30,872 nucleotides of DNA from a virus (Duplodnaviria > Caudoviricetes): positions 1-30,872 of the IMG/VR virus record IMGVR_UViG_3300032306_000546; one strand, given 5' to 3'. A program made the translations under genes and the position numbers. The stretch's first letter is position 1; each line of letters begins with the position of its first letter. The notes under the pieces are model-generated. The model was not told the origin of the DNA. It saw only the letters and a program-made list of their open reading frames with translations, and did no database searches. Shown piece after piece: positions 26,613-30,872 of this stretch.

Positions 26613-26752
26613 TTGGTTGGAAAAGCCGTTCCAACCAATCGTGCAATTAATTGCACAAAGTTGGAAAAGTTGGAAGGGCCGTTCCAACCGTTATTTTACT
26701 GAGACTCTGTGCGTTTGGTGGTACTGCTAAGAAAAGTTGGAACGGTTGGAAC
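26613..26752. repeat. Iteron array B (GTTGGAA/GTTCCAACC); origin-like, inverted relative to array A
   Basis: GTTGGAA at 26616, 26660, 26669, 26736 and 26745; GTTCCAACC at 26628 and 26681; AT-rich tract at about 26790-26880. Confidence 0.85.
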
Positions 26753-26879
26753 GAAAACAGGGCATCGAGCGTGAGCGATGTCGGAAACCATCTTTTTGTA
26801 TTTCAATTTTTCCAATAAATTTGTCCAATCAAGACACAAATAGAAACCAATATAAATAATTGTATTTCAGTATATTTAT

Positions 26880-26914
26880 GTCCTGTTTAGTCAGTGTTTT
26901 ATAATAGTACTTTA
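26880..26914 (+). promoter_or_regulatory. Putative late promoter motif (divergent copy)
   Basis: GTCCT at 26880, TTTA at 26911-26914, ATG at 26932. Confidence 0.45.
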
Positions 26915-26931
26915 CCGACAAAATCGACATT

Positions 26932-27411
26932 ATGAAGCTTCACAAATTACCCTGCAAACCTTATGTGCGGAAGTATGTTGCGCCAGACCTTTCCAACCGG
27001 GGAGTCCTGAAGATTAAGAACCGCATAGTTAGAACAATTCGCGATAAAAACGCAGTAACCAAATACTTTGAAAAATCCAATGATGCGACCAGTTTCATAA
27101 TGGTTGAAATGAATTGTTCATCGCTCTATACTTTATATGCACTCCATTCAACACTGGCCCGTGAATTCAGGGATAAATTATTCAGCGTAATGGCTTATGC
27201 AGTATTCAAGGGTATTCCGGCAAGAGAAGCCGCCAGGGAGTTTTTGTCGATGTACGAAATTACACCTGATGAATATGATCTGGATTCCGCATATCGCACT
27301 TGGCAGCGCCGTAAGGATCGCTATTTGCACCCCACTAAAGTCCGCAATGAAGAACAAGCATTGCCTGTAGTTTTGAACTCGATTCAATTACGACTGTATG
27401 AACTTGAATGA
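26932..27411 (+). CDS. Putative transcription regulator (late activator candidate)
   Basis: Basic 159 aa; strand-helix N-terminus (LPCKPYVRKY) and HTH-like C-terminus (AREAAREFLSMYEIT...LDSAYRTWQR); first gene of the head block. Confidence 0.5.
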   Translation: MKLHKLPCKPYVRKYVAPDLSNRGVLKIKNRIVRTIRDKNAVTKYFEKSNDATSFIMVEMNCSSLYTLYALHSTLAREFRDKLFSVMAYAVFKGIPAREAAREFLSMYEITPDEYDLDSAYRTWQRRKDRYLHPTKVRNEEQALPVVLNSIQLRLYELE

Positions 27412-27883
27412 CTTGATTCTTGGCGCAACCAATATTTCGACTTGTGATGTTGAAATTTCAGGAATTGATGCGCTCTATTTGGTGCCGGCGGACATGACTC
27501 AGATTTTTGTTTTTGAACCGGAAATTATCACCGACATAGTGACCAGCGAAACGGCAATCAAGATTGATTTCGATTTTCAGTCGTGTAATTTTAAAAGCCG
27601 GATGAGGCAATCAGATGCCGGAATCAATTACGATAATTCGATTTCGTTTCGATATTCTAAGGATGTAACTGAATGGCTTTTTCAAAATAAGGAGAAGCCG
27701 TTTTTTTTGGTATTTCTTAAAGGTGCGCAGTGGTATGTAAGCGGATCAAATGCGCTGCCTTATTACATCAATTACGAATATTTGACCGGAAAATCGCCTG
27801 GGGAAATTCAGGGATATGATATTGAATTGACATCAAGTCAGCTGCGTTCTATTATTAAATACGAAGCACCGTTTGTTCCATAG
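27398..27883 (+). CDS. Tail-tube-like paralog
   Basis: Co-linear motif similarity to the 30336 protein. Confidence 0.55.
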   Translation: MNLNDLILGATNISTCDVEISGIDALYLVPADMTQIFVFEPEIITDIVTSETAIKIDFDFQSCNFKSRMRQSDAGINYDNSISFRYSKDVTEWLFQNKEKPFFLVFLKGAQWYVSGSNALPYYINYEYLTGKSPGEIQGYDIELTSSQLRSIIKYEAPFVP

Positions 27884-27903
27884 TAGCATAATTGAGTCGG
27901 GGA

Positions 27904-27939
27904 GTCCTAATAAAATCTGTAATCATTGGCGGAGATTTG
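27904..27939 (+). promoter_or_regulatory. Putative late promoter motif for the head operon
   Basis: GTCCTAA at 27904, GAGATTTG at 27932-27939, ATG at 27944. Confidence 0.6.
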
Positions 27940-27943
27940 TAAT

Positions 27944-29329
27944 ATGAATAATCGCCTTATCCGAGTGAATTCGCAAGGCTGGGCAACCAGGTCAATCGCT
28001 GCAATGCTTACCGGCATGAATGTCGATGTCGAAAAAGGAATCCTTTTTGATGTTGTGCTTTGCCAGGCGATGCAGCCGAGGGGTCAGGCTGGTGAATCAT
28101 ACATTGAAACAGTTGATGAAACTTTCCCGGTGACCATTAAAACACCGGTTGAATTTATTTCCCGATTGGTAAAAATCGCAGAAACTAGGCATGGCGAAAA
28201 TGGGCATCAAGTGCGGTTTGGCCATCCCGGAATGTGCGATCAGGTTTTGGGTAGTTATGCCGGAAGAGCGAAGAACATCCGCCAGCGCGGAAACCAAGTG
28301 ATTGCCGACATCCATCTTTCCGCAGCTGCGGAAAATGCACCGGGAAAGGGAAATCTTCGACAGTATATTTTGGACTTGGCACAGGAGGATTCACAGGCTA
28401 TTATGATGTCAATCGTTTTTACTCCTGGCGAACATTACTTTATCAATGCCGATGGCAGTCGTGAAGAATGGACAGGGGATGAAGAACAAGTGAAATTTAT
28501 GGCTGATTTGGCCGATGTGGATCGGGTACTTTATGAAACGGTAATGGATTGGCATTTTACCGACTTTGTTGATCAGGGAGCCAACACCACCGACCTATTC
28601 AGGGACAATCGTGGTAATGAATTATTGAGTGCGAAAGCATTTGAATTCCTTGATTCTAATCCAGCGGTCTGGGAAATTTTGGCAAGTCAGCCAGAGATTG
28701 TGGAACAATTTGTATCGAAGTACGAAAATTATAGAAACTTAAAAATGAACAAATCCGAGAAAAAGGCTGGCAATCTGCTCCAGCGCGCAAAAGCGGCATT
28801 GGAAGCCGTTTTCATCGCACAAAAAAGCATTGAAACAACCACGATGGATGGTGTTGCAATCACAATTGAAACCGATGCTGATTTTCCGGCAGTTGGTAAT
28901 GTTGTTTTTATTGCCGGTTCCACCGAAACTGCTCCGGCTGGTGATCATATGCTGACAGGCGAATTGGAAGGCTATACCATCACACTGGATGAAGCTGGTG
29001 TAATTACATCCATTGTTGAACCAGTAGTCGTTGAAGGCGAACCATTGATGGAAGATGTAGTGGTTGTTTCTAACTCTGCCGAGTTGGAAGAAACCAACCG
29101 TGCAATCGATTCAGTGGTTAATGTGGTAGAAAAGCAACAAGACCTAATCGATAAATTGACCGAAAGCGTGAGATCATTATCCGATGAAATAAATTCACTT
29201 CGCAATGCTCCGCTTGCACCTAGGGTTTTCGCATCAGCTGATGTAAATGTTTCCAATCTTCGTGGAAATGATACACCACTTACTCCATGGGAGGCAGAGC
29301 GCCGCAGAATCATGGCATCAAAAAAATAA
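27944..29329 (+). CDS. Prohead protease-scaffold fusion
   Basis: RFGHP, MSIVF and DFVDQGA motifs resemble HK97/assemblin-fold proteases; acidic and coiled-coil C-terminus; directly upstream of the capsid gene. Confidence 0.7.
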   Translation: MNNRLIRVNSQGWATRSIAAMLTGMNVDVEKGILFDVVLCQAMQPRGQAGESYIETVDETFPVTIKTPVEFISRLVKIAETRHGENGHQVRFGHPGMCDQVLGSYAGRAKNIRQRGNQVIADIHLSAAAENAPGKGNLRQYILDLAQEDSQAIMMSIVFTPGEHYFINADGSREEWTGDEEQVKFMADLADVDRVLYETVMDWHFTDFVDQGANTTDLFRDNRGNELLSAKAFEFLDSNPAVWEILASQPEIVEQFVSKYENYRNLKMNKSEKKAGNLLQRAKAALEAVFIAQKSIETTTMDGVAITIETDADFPAVGNVVFIAGSTETAPAGDHMLTGELEGYTITLDEAGVITSIVEPVVVEGEPLMEDVVVVSNSAELEETNRAIDSVVNVVEKQQDLIDKLTESVRSLSDEINSLRNAPLAPRVFASADVNVSNLRGNDTPLTPWEAERRRIMASKK

Positions 29330-29361
29330 GTTTTCAAAATTTAAAACCATAAAATAAAGAA

Positions 29362-30312
29362 ATGGCATCAGTTAACATCACCGCACTCAACACCGCACTT
29401 GGGGCATATGCTCGACAAGCGAAGGTGGACATTTTCAACAAGATTCTCCGCGAATCTACGGCCCAGTATTTCACAACATTTACTGGTTCAATCGATCAAC
29501 TTCCTTTGGCCAAATTGACCACTGGAAGCATTCTAAAACCTTATGCAGCTGGTGGTGGATTTACTGCCACTGATGATGCCTTGGTTTTTGGCGCTAGAAT
29601 TCTACATGCTCGCAGAATATCTGCCGACATTTCAATTGTTCCTTTGGATTTATACAATTCCTGGTTGGGTCAATTGGCTGGCGCTCCGCCATCATCACCA
29701 TTTGATATTCCATTCGAGGAATTTATAATGCAAGCGATTGCCAGACAAGCGCAAGATGATTTAGAGGGATCAGTTTGGAATGGTCTTTACGATGCATCTG
29801 GAACTGATGCTGCTGACACAATGGATGGCATTCTTCAGCTTGTTAAAGGTGCGGTTACATCTGGCGAAATACCAGCTGGAAATGTTACTGCATTTACTGC
29901 AATCACCGCTTCAAATGCATTGGATGAAGTTCGTAAGGTGAGAAACAAGATTGCTGGACAATACCGTAACAAGCCGATGTACTGCTTCCTATCTGTTGCC
30001 AATTTTGACCATTACATGGATGATTATCAGGCTTCAGTTGGTTCAGTTGTTTACAACCGTGATTACACTCAGGTTTTGATTGAAGGAACTCAAACTCAAC
30101 TTGTGGCAATCCCAGGAATGGTTGGTGTAGATTCAAATCGTATCCTCATCACTCCAAAGGAGAACATGGTTTTCGGATATGACATCGAAGGTGCTGCCTC
30201 AAACATCCTTACTCAGGAGTTTAACAGAACCATCAAAGTGATGATGGATTTCCGTGCCGGTGTAAACTTCCGTGATGGTTCTGTGATCTGGTGCAACGGT
30301 AACGAGGCTTAA
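29362..30312 (+). CDS. Major capsid protein
   Basis: 316 aa after protease-scaffold; VWNG...MDGIL, ITPKENMVFG and MDFRAGV motifs; strong A-rich start context. Confidence 0.85.
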   Translation: MASVNITALNTALGAYARQAKVDIFNKILRESTAQYFTTFTGSIDQLPLAKLTTGSILKPYAAGGGFTATDDALVFGARILHARRISADISIVPLDLYNSWLGQLAGAPPSSPFDIPFEEFIMQAIARQAQDDLEGSVWNGLYDASGTDAADTMDGILQLVKGAVTSGEIPAGNVTAFTAITASNALDEVRKVRNKIAGQYRNKPMYCFLSVANFDHYMDDYQASVGSVVYNRDYTQVLIEGTQTQLVAIPGMVGVDSNRILITPKENMVFGYDIEGAASNILTQEFNRTIKVMMDFRAGVNFRDGSVIWCNGNEA

Positions 30313-30335
30313 AAACACTAAATCAATAAAACGAT

Positions 30336-30872
30336 ATGTGTGTTTCTCTAATTGATATGTCCGCCAGCTGCGAAAGCGCAGCTGGTGGTATTGCCCGACT
30401 TTTCGGCATTCAGGCGGAAGATGTGGTAAGCATTGCCAACATTGATCCAACCACGAAAAAGGTTCCACAAAACGGTTTGGTTTACACCATCACCGGAGTG
30501 ATGCACGAATTTGATTTCGTAAAAAATTCAGAAGGTGGTAAGGCTGGAATCGATGAAAACGACATCGGAACTCCGCAATCACCGGCTTACGAAACAATCG
30601 TGACCATGGCCGTAAAAGGTAATTCTGCCATCAATCGTGCTTACCTTAATGCAGTGCGCCAAGGATTCCGTGGTGTATTGGGTGCGGTAATGAATTCGGG
30701 CCAAATCTTCCTGATTGGAACTCCAAGCACCCCATCAATTCTCCGCAAGTACAACCGCAAATTTGGAAACGATCTTGAGGTTGCAAATGTGCAGGAACTT
30801 GAATTTTATTTTAAGTCTGCCACCGGGATGGTTGAGTATGCTGGAACTGTCGCCGATTTGACTACAGTTGGA
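30336..30872 (+). CDS. Putative major tail tube protein (5' part; ends at 135)
   Basis: ATG at 30336 after AATCAATAAAACGAT; MCVSLIDMSASCESAAGGIARLF...; open to the window end. Confidence 0.75.
   Translation, partial: MCVSLIDMSASCESAAGGIARLFGIQAEDVVSIANIDPTTKKVPQNGLVYTITGVMHEFDFVKNSEGGKAGIDENDIGTPQSPAYETIVTMAVKGNSAINRAYLNAVRQGFRGVLGAVMNSGQIFLIGTPSTPSILRKYNRKFGNDLEVANVQELEFYFKSATGMVEYAGTVADLTTVG
30750..30872. repeat. Terminal direct repeat, right copy
   Basis: Identical to 1-123. Confidence 0.97.

Noticed and set aside
3638-26752. Invertible segment bounded by the two inverted arrays
   Set aside because: No recombinase is encoded, identity is limited to short blocks, and all genes share one orientation.
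2004-27008. Intragenic GTCCT copies (about 2004, 12811, 16415, 27004)
   Set aside because: They are followed by GA rather than AA and do not precede gene starts.
27926-27943. TTG start for the protease-scaffold
   Set aside because: It lies inside the promoter motif; ATG 27944 fits the pattern of the other copies.
1-30872. Alternative genetic code, tRNA or rRNA genes
   Set aside because: Genes tile densely under the standard code using TAA, TGA and TAG stops; no cloverleaf or rRNA-like sequence was seen in the short intergenic gaps.

Overview
The window is an apparently complete, circularly assembled genome of a tailed phage. Bases 1-123 are identical to 30750-30872, giving a unit length of 30749 bp, and one gene reads in frame across the join. 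Every credible gene is on the + strand. TAnnTTTG-type promoters, A-rich translation starts without Shine-Dalgarno sites and the protein families point to a Bacteroidota host (inference). The genome encodes terminase, portal, a head-tail adaptor, a lysis cassette with a CHAP endolysin, a siphovirus-like tail, a prohead protease-scaffold, a major capsid protein, a 955-aa primase-helicase and two clusters of small accessory genes. I found no integrase, DNA polymerase, partition system, tRNA or CRISPR array. The most interesting signals are non-coding. (1) A GTC(C/T)T-N26/27-TT(T/C)(G/A) motif precedes six operons; four place the ATG exactly 5 nt after the motif, suggesting a leaderless late regulon with a candidate activator. 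(2) Two oppositely oriented GTTCCAACC iteron arrays with shared architecture resemble the bipartite ori/crr origin of phage P4. (3) Two promoter-terminator mini-units could make small RNAs complementary to the start regions of the first two early genes. (4) A 16-bp palindrome is shared by the early promoter and one iteron array. All functional calls come from motif recognition by eye; no database search was run.
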